Below are positions 38,359 through 48,518 of a DNA stretch of 64,000 nt, piece by piece. The DNA comes from an uncultured bacterium. Its GTDB lineage: Bacteria; Omnitrophota; Omnitrophia; Omnitrophales; Aquincolibacteriaceae. The position numbers and the translations under genes are program-made. The notes beneath the pieces were generated by a model that had not been told where the DNA came from, did no database searches, and saw only the letters and a program-made list of their open reading frames with translations. Location: the NCBI GenBank assembly GCA_964482725.1, contig CAYZYT010000010.1, positions 15,794 through 79,793 of the forward strand. Direction: 5' to 3'. How positions within the stretch are numbered: the first letter of the stretch is position 1; every line of letters begins with the position of its first letter.

Positions 38359-39669
38359 ATGATCTCTCGTTACTCGCGCCAGGAAATGGCGAAGATCTGG
38401 ACGGAAGAAAACAAGCTCCAAAAGTGGCTTGAGGTGGAACTGGCCGCGCTTGAGGGGCTCGCACGGTACGGCTATATCCCCAAAGATGTTCCTGCCAAAG
38501 TTCGCGCCCGCGCGAAATTCGATGTTGAGCGCGTTAAAGAAATCGAGAAGGTCTGCAATCATGACGTTATCGCGTTTCTGACCAATGTTGCCGAGCACGT
38601 TGGCCCTGTGGGGCGCTATGTTCACTTTGGTCTGACCTCCTCAGATATCTTGGATACGGGCCTTTCGCTCCAGGTTCAGGAAGCCTCGGATATCCTTATC
38701 CGTGAGCTGAAAAAACTAATCTCACTGCTCGGCAAAAAAGCCAGAGAGCATGCCCAGACCCTGATGGTCGGCCGCTCGCATGGCGTCCACGCTGAACCTA
38801 TCACTTTTGGTCTTAAGATGGCGCTTTTCCATGCCGCGTGCGAACGCGGTCTCGTGCGCCTTGAAGCGGCCAAAGAAAATCTTCGCTATGGCAAGATCTC
38901 CGGAGCGGTCGGAACTTTCGCAAATGTGGATCCCAAAGTGGAAGAATTTGTATGCAAGAAGCTCGGGCTGAGCCCGGCTCCGGTTTCGACGCAAGTCCTT
39001 CAGCGCGACCGCCATGCGGAATTTCTTTCGGCGATCGCGATCGTCGGGGGGTCGCTCGAGCAGCTTGCGACCGAGATCCGGGGTTTGCAGAAAACCGAGA
39101 CCTTTGAAGTCCAGGAGTTTTTCTCCAAAGGCCAAAAAGGTTCTTCGGCCATGCCGCACAAGCGCAATCCGATCACGTGCGAACGCGTGGCGGGACTTTC
39201 ACGCATCCTTCGTGGAAACGCGCTAGCGGGTTTTGAGAATATCGCTCTCTGGCATGAGCGGGACATTACCCATTCTTCTGTGGAACGCGTTATTTTTCCT
39301 GACAGCACGATCCTCTTGGATTACATGCTCGGACTCATGCAGAACGTCATCGAGAACCTGGTGGTCAATAAAGACCGGATGCTCAAGAATCTGGAGCTAA
39401 GTCGAGGAATGGTTTTTTCTCAGGGGTTACTCCTTGAACTTGTGGAAAAGGGCCTGACGCGGGAGGATGGTTACAAGCTTGTGCAGGACGCGGCCAAGAA
39501 ACTTTGGGAAGATGAAAAGCTTCAGCTGGAACAAGTGGTGTTGAAAGACGAAAAGATCTTAAAAATTCTGACGCCCAAAGAAATCCGTTCGGTCTTCAGC
39601 TATGACAGGCACCTTAAGAATGTTCCGGTTATCCTGAAACGCGCCGGGATTCTCTCATCCTCTAAATAA
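38359..39669 (+). CDS. purB: adenylosuccinate lyase
   Basis: 'MISRYSRQEMAKIWTEENK' PurB N-terminus; fumarate-lyase signature 'SSAMPHKRNP'. Confidence 0.9.
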   Translation: MISRYSRQEMAKIWTEENKLQKWLEVELAALEGLARYGYIPKDVPAKVRARAKFDVERVKEIEKVCNHDVIAFLTNVAEHVGPVGRYVHFGLTSSDILDTGLSLQVQEASDILIRELKKLISLLGKKAREHAQTLMVGRSHGVHAEPITFGLKMALFHAACERGLVRLEAAKENLRYGKISGAVGTFANVDPKVEEFVCKKLGLSPAPVSTQVLQRDRHAEFLSAIAIVGGSLEQLATEIRGLQKTETFEVQEFFSKGQKGSSAMPHKRNPITCERVAGLSRILRGNALAGFENIALWHERDITHSSVERVIFPDSTILLDYMLGLMQNVIENLVVNKDRMLKNLELSRGMVFSQGLLLELVEKGLTREDGYKLVQDAAKKLWEDEKLQLEQVVLKDEKILKILTPKEIRSVFSYDRHLKNVPVILKRAGILSSSK

Positions 39670-39680
39670 GGGAGCTCAAT

Positions 39681-40607
39681 ATGGTCAGCGATCTTGATAG
39701 GAACGACGCAATCCTCGAAACGCATTTGCCGCTCCCGCGCGTTGCGGTGGGAAAAGTTCGGGACATCTATAGTGTGGGCGCCGATAAACTTTTGATCGTG
39801 ACCACAGACCGGTTAAGCGCTTTTGACGTGGTGATGCCGGATCCCATCCCGATGAAGGGGAAAGTGCTCAATCAGATCACGCTTTTCTGGATGGAACATT
39901 TCAAGGATATCCTGCCGCAGCATTTGATCACGGCCAATGTGGATGCGATGGGCCTGCCGGCGGAGGTTGTGAAAAACTTTCGTCATGAACTCGAGGGGCG
40001 TGCGGTACTTGTTAGAAAAGCAGCACCGCTCGAGATTGAGTGCGTGGTGCGCGGCTATATTACGGGTTCGGGGTGGAAGGATTATTTAAAGACCGGTAAG
40101 GTTTGCGGGCACACACTGCCGGCAGGCCTCAAACAATGCCAGAAGTTCCCGGAGCCGCTTTTTACTCCGTCTACGAAGGCGAAGGTCGGGCACGACATCA
40201 ACATTGATTTCAGCGAAGCGATCCGGATCGTGGGGAAGGACATCGCCCAGCAGGCGAAGGACCTTTCCATCCTTCTATACAAGAAAGGCCAGGAATATGC
40301 GGCGTCGAAAGGGATCATTATTGCGGATACGAAATTTGAATTCGGCATCTATGACGGAAAGATGATGCTGATCGATGAGATTCTGACACCTGACAGTTCT
40401 AGGTTTTGGCCAGCCGGCCAGTATGAGACCGGTCATGACCAGCCGAGTTTTGATAAGCAGATCGTTCGGAATTATCTCGAGACGCTCTCGTGGGACAAAC
40501 GTCCTCCCGCGCCGGAACTCCCGGGGGATATCATCGAAAAGACAACCGAAGCTTATTGCGAGATTTTTAAACGCCTATCCGGAAAAGATATCCGTAGCCA
40601 AAAGTAA
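39681..40607 (+). CDS. purC: phosphoribosylaminoimidazole-succinocarboxamide synthase (long form)
   Basis: 'GKVRDIYSVG...LLIVTTDRLSAFD' SAICAR synthetase motifs. Confidence 0.88.
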   Translation: MVSDLDRNDAILETHLPLPRVAVGKVRDIYSVGADKLLIVTTDRLSAFDVVMPDPIPMKGKVLNQITLFWMEHFKDILPQHLITANVDAMGLPAEVVKNFRHELEGRAVLVRKAAPLEIECVVRGYITGSGWKDYLKTGKVCGHTLPAGLKQCQKFPEPLFTPSTKAKVGHDINIDFSEAIRIVGKDIAQQAKDLSILLYKKGQEYAASKGIIIADTKFEFGIYDGKMMLIDEILTPDSSRFWPAGQYETGHDQPSFDKQIVRNYLETLSWDKRPPAPELPGDIIEKTTEAYCEIFKRLSGKDIRSQK

Positions 40608-40770
40608 GTAGTGCCGAGTCATGGCAATGGTTACGAGACCCGTATCGGTTAGGGGCATGGTGACGTAACCCTGGCCGAAAGACGAAACGGGCATCGTTGC
40701 CGTCGCCGGAAGACATAACCAAGACAAACACAGATTTGTTTCGAATTTTTAAAAGAAGGGTTTAAAAATC

Positions 40771-41025
40771 ATGAAATTTAAAGCCACCATTCATACCAGT
40801 TTAAAAAAGTCAGTGTTGGATCCCCAAGGGCAAACGACGCTTCACGCGCTCGAGTCCATGGGGTTTAAAGAGGCGAAGAGCCTGAGGATCGGGAAGTATT
40901 TCGAGCTTGTTCTTGAAGCGGACGATTGCGCGAAGGCTAAAGAAAGCATTCATGTCATGTGCGACAAGCTGCTTCATAATCCTGTCATTGAAGAGTATTC
41001 GTTCGAAATTCAAGAAGCGCTCTAG
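40771..41025 (+). CDS. purS: phosphoribosylformylglycinamidine synthase subunit PurS
   Basis: 84 aa; 'VLDPQG' PurS motif; immediately upstream of purQ-purL. Confidence 0.85.
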   Translation: MKFKATIHTSLKKSVLDPQGQTTLHALESMGFKEAKSLRIGKYFELVLEADDCAKAKESIHVMCDKLLHNPVIEEYSFEIQEAL

Positions 41026-41193
41026 CTTTTTTAAAAAATATAGACCGCTAGGATTTTTCTGGTTTTCTGTTGGTCGTTGATATTTAAAATCAAGTTTTGC
41101 TATCCTAACTTAAAAGCGTAGGGCGGGTAACGAAGATCGGGGAACGAGTTGCGTTCCGCGCTCAACGTTTCCCGTTCCTCGAGGTGTTTGATC

Positions 41194-41883
41194 ATGAAAG
41201 CCGCGGTCATTGTTTTCCCGGGTTCTAATTGCGATACGGATTGTTTTCACGCGCTTAAAGATGTCGTCAAAGTGCCCGTGGAATATGTCTGGCACAAGGA
41301 GAGGACCCTTCCCAAGGTGGATCTGGTGGTTATCCCGGGGGGGTTCAGCTACGGTGATTATCTCAGGACCGGAGCGATCGCGCGTTTTTCGCCGGTTATG
41401 GAATCCGTGATCAAGCATGCCAACGAAGGGCGTGCCGTGATCGGGATCTGCAACGGGTTTCAGATCCTTCTGGAAGCCGGACTTTTGCCGGGCGCGATGC
41501 TCAGGAATAAGACGCTGGAATTTGTTTGTAAACATGCCTGGATACGCACGGAAGAGAATCTGACGATTTTTACCGGCCAGATGGAGCCGGGAGAGACGCT
41601 TTGCGTTCCCATAGCACACGGTGAAGGGAATTATTATTGCGATGAGGATACGCTGAAATCTTTGCATGACCACTCGCAAGTCGTTTTCCGTTATTCGTCC
41701 GAAGACGGAAAACTCGGGGAAGAGTTCAACCCGAACGGTTCCAAAGACCATATCGCGGGTATCGTGAACAAGAAAAAGAATGTTTTGGGCATGATGCCGC
41801 ATCCGGAGCGGTCGAGTGAGGACATCCTTGGTTCTTCCGACGGACGCAAGATCTTCGAAAGTATTTTAAACGCACTGGAATAA
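41194..41883 (+). CDS. purQ: phosphoribosylformylglycinamidine synthase glutaminase subunit PurQ
   Basis: ATG at 41194 '[14 protein letters not shown]'; catalytic 'GICNGFQIL'; the ORF-track start at 41149 extends into the structured intergenic region. Confidence 0.88.
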   Translation: MKAAVIVFPGSNCDTDCFHALKDVVKVPVEYVWHKERTLPKVDLVVIPGGFSYGDYLRTGAIARFSPVMESVIKHANEGRAVIGICNGFQILLEAGLLPGAMLRNKTLEFVCKHAWIRTEENLTIFTGQMEPGETLCVPIAHGEGNYYCDEDTLKSLHDHSQVVFRYSSEDGKLGEEFNPNGSKDHIAGIVNKKKNVLGMMPHPERSSEDILGSSDGRKIFESILNALE

Positions 41884-44154
41884 ATGATGGCAACACTCAA
41901 TTCGACAACCCCTATCACTTCGGAATTGGTCGCGGCGCACGGGATCACCCCGGAAGAGTACCAGCATATCCGGGACATTCTCGGCCGGGACCCTAACATC
42001 ACGGAACTCGGGATGTTCAGTGTGATGTGGAGTGAGCATTGCTCTTATAAGAACTCCAAGTCCATCCTCAAGCTTTTTTCTAAGATGAATGCGGAACTGC
42101 CGCGTCAGGAACATCTTCTCGTGAAGCCGGGGACTGAGAACGCCGGGATCGTGGATATCGGCGACGGCTATGCGGTGTGTTTCAAGATTGAGAGCCATAA
42201 CCATCCTTCGGCGATCGAGCCTTTTCAGGGCGCCGCGACGGGCGTGGGAGGCATTCTCCGGGATATTTTTACGATGGGCGCACGGCCGATCCTTATCATG
42301 AATTCTCTTCGATTTGGGGATCTCGCGCAATCGGTGAGTCAGCGGCTTTTTCGCGGCGTGGTTGCCGGGATCGCACATTACGGTAATTGCATGGGGATAC
42401 CGACGATCGGCGGCGATATCTATTTTGACGCTTCTTATGAGGGGAATCCCCTCGTGAACGCGATGGCGCTCGGGCTCATCAAAAAAGACGAGATCGTGCG
42501 CGGAGCGGCACACGGCATCGGCAATCCTGTTTACTACGTGGGAGCCACGACGGGTCGCGACGGACTCGGGGGCGCGGCCTTTGCTTCCAAAGAACTCTCG
42601 GAACAAAGTCATGAGGATCGTCCTGCCGTGCAAGTGGGGGATCCCTTTATGGAAAAACTTTTGATGGAAGCGTGTTTGGAACTTCTTCGGACCGACGCAC
42701 TGGTCGGGATGCAGGATATGGGCGCTGCGGGGTTGACCTGTGCCGGTTGCGAGACCGCGTCCCGCGCGAGCACCGGGGTTGAGATCGACCTCGCCAAAGT
42801 GCCGCGGCGTGAACCCGGCATGACCCCTTATGAAACCTTGCTCTCAGAATCACAGGAGCGCATGTTGGTCATTGTCAAAAAAGGAAAAGAAAAAGAGGTT
42901 GAGGATATTTTTAAGAAGTGGGACCTTCACGCTGTGAAGATCGGGGAGGTCACTCGGGGGGACAAATATCGCGTGTTGGACGGAGGCAAGATGGCCGCGG
43001 AGATCCCGGCAAAGGCCCTAGCCGATGACGGCCCTGTCTATACTCGCGAAGAAGAAAAACCGGTCTATCTCGCCGAAGCGCAGAAACTGGATCTGGCAAC
43101 TATTACCGAACCCCAGGATTTTAGCGCCGTGCTCAAGCGGTTGCTCTCCCATCCTTCGATCGCTTCCAAGGCCTGGGTTTGGCAGCAGTATGACCACATG
43201 GTCCGAACGGACACTGTTTTTTATCCGGGGCATGATGCCGCGCTGATCCGTATCAAGGGAACGCAAAAAGGGATTGCGGTCTCAACCGATTGCAACAGCC
43301 TTTATGTTTATCTTGATCCGTTCGAGGGCGGGAAGATCGCGGTCGCGGAAGCGGCGCGTAACGTCGTTTGTTCCGGCGCCCGGCCGATCGGGGTGACGAA
43401 CTGTCTTAATTTCGGTAATCCCATGAAGCCGGAGATCTTTTGGCAATTTCATAGCGCGGTGTCCGGGATCATCGAATCCTGCAAGGCTCTTGAGGTTCCG
43501 GTGACCGGCGGGAATGTTAGCTTCTATAATGAGAGCCCGCAAGGCGCCATCTATCCGACGCCCACGATCGGCATGGTCGGTCTTTTAGAGAATATCGAAA
43601 AGCGCGTTCCTTCGGCATTTCGAAATGCGGGTGATATTATTTTCCTTGCGGGGGAAACTTTTAACGAGCTTGGCGGGAGTCATTACCTGATGATCGAACA
43701 CGGCTTGAAGCAGGGGTTGCCGCCGCGGCTTGATCTCGCGCGTGAAAAAGCGCTCCATCAATTCATCCTTGCCGCCGCGGACGGAAAAAAGCTCGCCTCG
43801 TGTCACGATCTTTCCGAAGGGGGTCTTGCGGTCGCGCTTGCCGAATGTTGCATCAAAAGCGCTGGGGGCTTGGGAGCTGGAGTGATGGATCTTGACGCTG
43901 TAATGAAAGGCCAGAAAAACCTTCGTGCAGACGCGCTTTATTTCGGCGAGAGCCAATCGCGCGTGGTGATCTCGGTCAAGCCCGAGCATCAAAAAGATAT
44001 TAAGACTTTGGCTCAGAAACAGGGAGTGCCTCTGTTTGAGATCGGGAAAGTGGGCGGGGATGCGCTCATCCTGGGAGATCGGGTCCGGTTGATGGTCGGG
44101 GACATGGTGAATCTTTTCGAAAATAGGATCCCCAACATTATGGAGCTTAAATAA
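41884..44154 (+). CDS. purL: phosphoribosylformylglycinamidine synthase subunit PurL
   Basis: 756 aa; AIR-synthase-related duplicated domains; 'SEHCSYK' motif. Confidence 0.9.
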   Translation: MMATLNSTTPITSELVAAHGITPEEYQHIRDILGRDPNITELGMFSVMWSEHCSYKNSKSILKLFSKMNAELPRQEHLLVKPGTENAGIVDIGDGYAVCFKIESHNHPSAIEPFQGAATGVGGILRDIFTMGARPILIMNSLRFGDLAQSVSQRLFRGVVAGIAHYGNCMGIPTIGGDIYFDASYEGNPLVNAMALGLIKKDEIVRGAAHGIGNPVYYVGATTGRDGLGGAAFASKELSEQSHEDRPAVQVGDPFMEKLLMEACLELLRTDALVGMQDMGAAGLTCAGCETASRASTGVEIDLAKVPRREPGMTPYETLLSESQERMLVIVKKGKEKEVEDIFKKWDLHAVKIGEVTRGDKYRVLDGGKMAAEIPAKALADDGPVYTREEEKPVYLAEAQKLDLATITEPQDFSAVLKRLLSHPSIASKAWVWQQYDHMVRTDTVFYPGHDAALIRIKGTQKGIAVSTDCNSLYVYLDPFEGGKIAVAEAARNVVCSGARPIGVTNCLNFGNPMKPEIFWQFHSAVSGIIESCKALEVPVTGGNVSFYNESPQGAIYPTPTIGMVGLLENIEKRVPSAFRNAGDIIFLAGETFNELGGSHYLMIEHGLKQGLPPRLDLAREKALHQFILAAADGKKLASCHDLSEGGLAVALAECCIKSAGGLGAGVMDLDAVMKGQKNLRADALYFGESQSRVVISVKPEHQKDIKTLAQKQGVPLFEIGKVGGDALILGDRVRLMVGDMVNLFENRIPNIMELK

Positions 44155-45575
44155 TGGGCGGCGAAAACATTAAGCATCATTGTGGCATCTTCGGTATTTA
44201 CAATCATCCCCATGCGGCGCGTATCACGCAGCTGGGGCTTTTCGCACTTCAGCACCGGGGCGAAGAAGCGGCCGGGATCTGCACAAGTGACAGCTCAGAC
44301 CTTTATCTTGTCAAAAAAATGGGGCATGTGGGGGAGGCCTTCGATGAGGAGTCCTTTGCTCAGCTTCCCGGTAAGAATGCCATCGGGCATGTTCGCTATT
44401 CCACGACCGGAGCCTCGACGCTTTTGAACGCCCAGCCTTGTAAGGTCGATTATTCACGCGGGCAGATCGCGATCGCGCATAACGGGAACCTTGTGAACGC
44501 GCAGATCCTTCGCGCGGAGTTGGAGGCGTACGGCTCTATTTTTGGGAGCACGATCGATTCGGAGGTCTTTGTGCATATGATCGCTAAGCCCTCCTATCGT
44601 TCTCATGAAGAAGGCGTGATTGGGGCGACGAAGCGTGCGAAAGGAGCTTTCAGCTTGGTGCTTCTGACCGAGGATCACTTGTTTGGAGTTCGCGACCCGC
44701 ATGGGTTCCGTCCGCTCTGCCTTGGGAAATTAGGCAACAGCTATGTGCTCGCGTCCGAGACCTGTGCGTTCGATCTTATTGAGGCGGAATTTATCCGCGA
44801 GATCGAGCCGGGCGAGATCGTCGTGATTGATAGCAAGGGGATCCGCAGCCATTTTCCTTTTAAAGATGAAAAGATCAGTAAGGCTCAGTGCATTTTTGAG
44901 CACGTCTATTTCGCCCGGCCGGATTCCAATATTTTCCACGATAGTGTGGGGCTTGTGCGCGAAAAATTGGGTCGTCAGCTTGCCAAAGAGCATCCCGTTG
45001 ACGCGGATATCGTGATCCCGGTGCCGGACTCCGGCAGTTTCGCGGCTTTGGGCTTTTCGAGGGAATCGGGGATCCCTTTTTCGCATGGATTTATCCGAAA
45101 TCACTACATCGGACGCACTTTTCTCAGTCCGTCGGAGGCGGGGCGTATCCTTAAAGTAAAGATCAAATTGAACCCGATCCGCCCCGTCGTGGACGGCAAG
45201 CGCGTGATCGTGGTGGATGATTCGATCGTGCGCGGGAACACGGCGAAGAACCGGGTGAAACTTTTGAGGAGTGCGGGCGCCAAAGAAGTTCATATGCGGA
45301 TCAGCTGTCCGCCGCATATTTCGCCCTGTTTTTACGGGATCGATTTTCCCTCCAAGAAAGAGCTTTTGGCCTCCAATAAGACCCTCGATGAGATCACGAA
45401 GTTTCTTAATGTGGATTCGCTCGGATACCTGAGTCTTGAGGGGATGCTCGGGGCGACCACGCAAGATCCCAAAGATTTTTGCGCGGCATGTTTTAGCGGA
45501 AAATATCCGACCAAGATCTATGATGCAGACGACAAGTATAAACTCGAGCACAAAAGGAATTGCTGCAAGATATGA
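44154..45575 (+). CDS. purF: amidophosphoribosyltransferase
   Basis: TAATG overlap; N-terminal nucleophile 'HHCGIFGI'; PRTase motif 'VIVVDDSIVRGNT'; C-terminal Cys cluster for 4Fe-4S. Confidence 0.9.
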   Translation: MGGENIKHHCGIFGIYNHPHAARITQLGLFALQHRGEEAAGICTSDSSDLYLVKKMGHVGEAFDEESFAQLPGKNAIGHVRYSTTGASTLLNAQPCKVDYSRGQIAIAHNGNLVNAQILRAELEAYGSIFGSTIDSEVFVHMIAKPSYRSHEEGVIGATKRAKGAFSLVLLTEDHLFGVRDPHGFRPLCLGKLGNSYVLASETCAFDLIEAEFIREIEPGEIVVIDSKGIRSHFPFKDEKISKAQCIFEHVYFARPDSNIFHDSVGLVREKLGRQLAKEHPVDADIVIPVPDSGSFAALGFSRESGIPFSHGFIRNHYIGRTFLSPSEAGRILKVKIKLNPIRPVVDGKRVIVVDDSIVRGNTAKNRVKLLRSAGAKEVHMRISCPPHISPCFYGIDFPSKKELLASNKTLDEITKFLNVDSLGYLSLEGMLGATTQDPKDFCAACFSGKYPTKIYDADDKYKLEHKRNCCKI

Positions 45576-46591
45576 GCGCCTGGACTTATGAAAAGGCGGG
45601 AGTGCCGCACCTGAAAGGCGATCCTGCGTACAACCGGAAGATTTCAGGTCTCATCCGTTCGACCCATACGCCCGGAGTTTGCGGCGACACGCTGGGGTTT
45701 GCCTCCCTTTTTGATCTCAAGAAGACCGGTATCAAGGACCCTTTGCTTGTGGCCTCGACCGATGGGGTGGGGACCAAGCTGGAACTCGCGCGACTCCTTG
45801 GGAAACACGACACGATCGGGATCGATCTTGTCGCTATGTGTGTGAACGATCTCATTACTTCCGGAGCGCGCCCGCTTTTCTTTCTGGATTATTACGCTGC
45901 CGGGAAATTCCAGACGGATGTGATCGGCGAGGTCTTAAAAGGCGTCACCGAAGGTTGCCGGCAGTCGGGCTGCGCGCTGGTGGGCGGCGAGACGGCCATC
46001 ATGCCGGGATTTTACACGGACAAGAGGACGGCGCTCGCGGCCCAATATGATGTTGCGGGATTCTCTGTCGGTGCGGTGGACCGTAAGAAGGTAGTGACTG
46101 GGAAGAAGATCAAATCGGGGGATATCATTCTTGGCATTCAATCCTCTGGATTCCATTCGAACGGGTATTCTCTTATCAGGAAGATCTTTTCTGAAAAAGA
46201 GCTTCGCGGTCCCGTAGGACGAAAGCTTTTGACCCCGACGATTCTCTATGTGAAATCGATTCTGGCGCTTGTGAAAAAATTGCCAGTGAACGGGATCGTT
46301 AATATCACGGGCGGCGGTTTTTACGACAATTTGCCGCGTGTGATTCCCCAAGGCCTGGGGGCCCAGATCGATCGCAATGCGTGGAAAGTCCCCGAGATCT
46401 TCCGCGTCGCGCAAAAGGCCGGGGGTATCTCCGATCATGAAATGTACAAAACCTTCAATATGGGCGTCGGGATGGTGGTGATCCTCGGGAAACGGCACGT
46501 TCTTCCCGCGCAAAAGATCCTGAAGCGTTTTAAACTGAATTCCTGGGCGATTGGACAGATTACAAAACGAATCGGGGTCACGGTCTCATGA
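45572..46591 (+). CDS. purM: phosphoribosylformylglycinamidine cyclo-ligase
   Basis: ATGA overlap with purF; 'TYEKAGV' start; 'VASTDGVGTK' AIR synthase motif. Confidence 0.9.
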   Translation: MSAWTYEKAGVPHLKGDPAYNRKISGLIRSTHTPGVCGDTLGFASLFDLKKTGIKDPLLVASTDGVGTKLELARLLGKHDTIGIDLVAMCVNDLITSGARPLFFLDYYAAGKFQTDVIGEVLKGVTEGCRQSGCALVGGETAIMPGFYTDKRTALAAQYDVAGFSVGAVDRKKVVTGKKIKSGDIILGIQSSGFHSNGYSLIRKIFSEKELRGPVGRKLLTPTILYVKSILALVKKLPVNGIVNITGGGFYDNLPRVIPQGLGAQIDRNAWKVPEIFRVAQKAGGISDHEMYKTFNMGVGMVVILGKRHVLPAQKILKRFKLNSWAIGQITKRIGVTVS

Positions 46592-47871
46592 AAGTCCTTT
46601 TGATCGGCTCCGGAGGCAGAGAACACGCGCTTGCGTGGAAGATCTCGCAAAGCCCTCTTCTGACAAAAATTTATGCGGCTCCGGGGAATGCCGGGATCAG
46701 CCAGCATGCCGAATGTGTTCCTATCGCGTCAGATAATTTGAGCGGCCTCCTGGAATTTGCGCTTCGTGAAAAGATTGATCTGACTATTGTAGGTCCCGAG
46801 GTTCCGCTTGTGGCGGGGATCGGCGATACATTCCGGGAAAATGGGTTGCTGCTCTTTGGACCTTCCAAAGAAACCGCGCTTCTGGAGGGGAGTAAGGCCT
46901 TTTCCAAGGATATCATGACAAAATATGGCGTGCCCACGGCCGGTTACGAAGTTTTTACGAACGTGATGGAGGCCAAGCATTATGTGATCGAGGCCGAAAT
47001 GCCGCTGGTGATCAAGGCGGACGGACTCGCGGCGGGTAAGGGCGTGGTGATCTGTGACAGTTCTGAACAAGCGGTTGCGACGCTGACACAAATGATGGAC
47101 GAGAAGATCTTCGGGGACGCGGGCGCCAAGGTCATCATTGAAAAAAAACTCGAAGGCGAGGAGCTTTCGATCCTGGTGCTGACGGATGGAAAAAAAATCA
47201 TTCCTTTGGCGAGCGCGCGCGATCACAAGCGGGCGTATGACCATGATCGGGGTCCCAATACGGGCGGCATGGGCGCTTTTTCACCGAGCATGAAAATTGC
47301 GGAGTCTGAGATCGGCGGCATTATCGATATCGCGGTGCGCCCGATCCTTGAGGGCATGGCCCGGGACGGGATGCCTTATCGGGGCGTCCTTTATGCGGGA
47401 ATCATGCTGACCAAGGACGGGCCGTTCGTCCTCGAATATAATTGCCGGTTCGGGGATCCCGAGACCGAGGTGATCCTGCCGCGTCTTAAATCCGACCTTT
47501 TGCCGGTGATGGTGCAGATCGCCAACGGATGTTTGGACACGGAAAGTCTTGAATGGTACGACAAGGCGTGCATTACGGTTGTGATGGCCTCAGGCGGGTA
47601 TCCGGGGTCCTATGAAAAAGGCATGCCGATCCGGGGGCTTGAGACAGCGCAGGGGCAATCGGATGTGGCGGTTTTTCACGCGGGGACCGCATGGAACGCC
47701 CAAAAGCAGATCGTAACAGCCGGAGGGAGAGTTCTCGCCGTGACAGCCTGGGGCGATACGCTGAAGGCCGCCCATGACCGTGTTTATCAGGTGATCGAAA
47801 AAATTCATTTCGACGGCGGTTTTTGCCGCCGGGACATCGGTCAGAAGGCCATTGCACTGCATAGGGTCTAA
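46588..47871 (+). CDS. purD: phosphoribosylamine-glycine ligase
   Basis: ATGA overlap; 'MKVLLIGSGGREHALAWK' canonical PurD N-terminus; ATP-grasp. Confidence 0.9.
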   Translation: MKVLLIGSGGREHALAWKISQSPLLTKIYAAPGNAGISQHAECVPIASDNLSGLLEFALREKIDLTIVGPEVPLVAGIGDTFRENGLLLFGPSKETALLEGSKAFSKDIMTKYGVPTAGYEVFTNVMEAKHYVIEAEMPLVIKADGLAAGKGVVICDSSEQAVATLTQMMDEKIFGDAGAKVIIEKKLEGEELSILVLTDGKKIIPLASARDHKRAYDHDRGPNTGGMGAFSPSMKIAESEIGGIIDIAVRPILEGMARDGMPYRGVLYAGIMLTKDGPFVLEYNCRFGDPETEVILPRLKSDLLPVMVQIANGCLDTESLEWYDKACITVVMASGGYPGSYEKGMPIRGLETAQGQSDVAVFHAGTAWNAQKQIVTAGGRVLAVTAWGDTLKAAHDRVYQVIEKIHFDGGFCRRDIGQKAIALHRV

Positions 47872-47971
47872 AACCTAGGGGTATGCGGTGCAATACGGTT
47901 CAAATTTTCATTGGAGAACAAGTGCTATTAACCCCTAAAATTCAAACAGAGAACAGTCTAGAGGTGTTGCG

Positions 47972-48475
47972 ATGAATGAACTTGTTTCGATCGTGATGGG
48001 AAGTGATTCGGATCTGGAAGTCATGCAGGAATGCGCTGACGTGCTCAAGGAATTTGGGGTCAGTTTTGAGATGCAGGTGCTCTCGGCTCATCGGACACCG
48101 ATCCTTGTCGCGGATTTCGCGACCCAAGCAACGCAAAAGGGTCTCAAGGTCCTTATCGCCGGTGCCGGCGGGGCCGCGCATTTGGCCGGGGCTGTGGCCG
48201 CGAATACGATATTGCCGGTGATCGGGGTGCCGTTGTCGGCGACTCAAATGAATGGTCTGGACGCGCTCTTGGCGACGGTTCAGATGCCGGCCGGAGTTCC
48301 GGTTGCTACGGTCGCGGTGGGAAAACCCGGCGCGCGCAATGCGGGTCTTTTGGCGGTGCAGATCCTGGCGCTTTCCGACGCGAAGCTGGCGGAAAAGCTT
48401 AGGAAATACAAAGATGCTTTGGTGGAAAGCAGCCGGGAAAAGAATAAGAAATTGCAGGAGAAGCTCAGGCAATAG
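47972..48475 (+). CDS. purE: N5-carboxyaminoimidazole ribonucleotide mutase
   Basis: 'VSIVMGSDSDLEVMQ' and 'SAHRTP' PurE signatures. Confidence 0.9.
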   Translation: MNELVSIVMGSDSDLEVMQECADVLKEFGVSFEMQVLSAHRTPILVADFATQATQKGLKVLIAGAGGAAHLAGAVAANTILPVIGVPLSATQMNGLDALLATVQMPAGVPVATVAVGKPGARNAGLLAVQILALSDAKLAEKLRKYKDALVESSREKNKKLQEKLRQ

Positions 48476-48518
48476 GCGGGCTCGGGATTTATTAATAAGT
48501 GGGGGCTTTGAGCGAATC

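Noticed and set aside
40608-40770. ZTP (pfl) or purine riboswitch in the purC-purS spacer
   Set aside because: The context is appropriate, but I could not match the conserved pfl or purine-riboswitch core sequences from memory. Reported only as an unassigned structured spacer.
41110-45551. Long minus-strand ORFs (230 aa, 255 aa, 273 aa) across purQ, purL and purF
   Set aside because: Antisense to motif-confirmed pur genes.
48252-48518. ORF-track start at 48252 for the TsaC-PTP gene
   Set aside because: It overlaps purE by 224 nt in a different frame, and the encoded Arg/Trp-rich peptide is unlike the YrdC N-terminus. Start moved to the GTG at 48519 (ATG at 48567 is an alternative).
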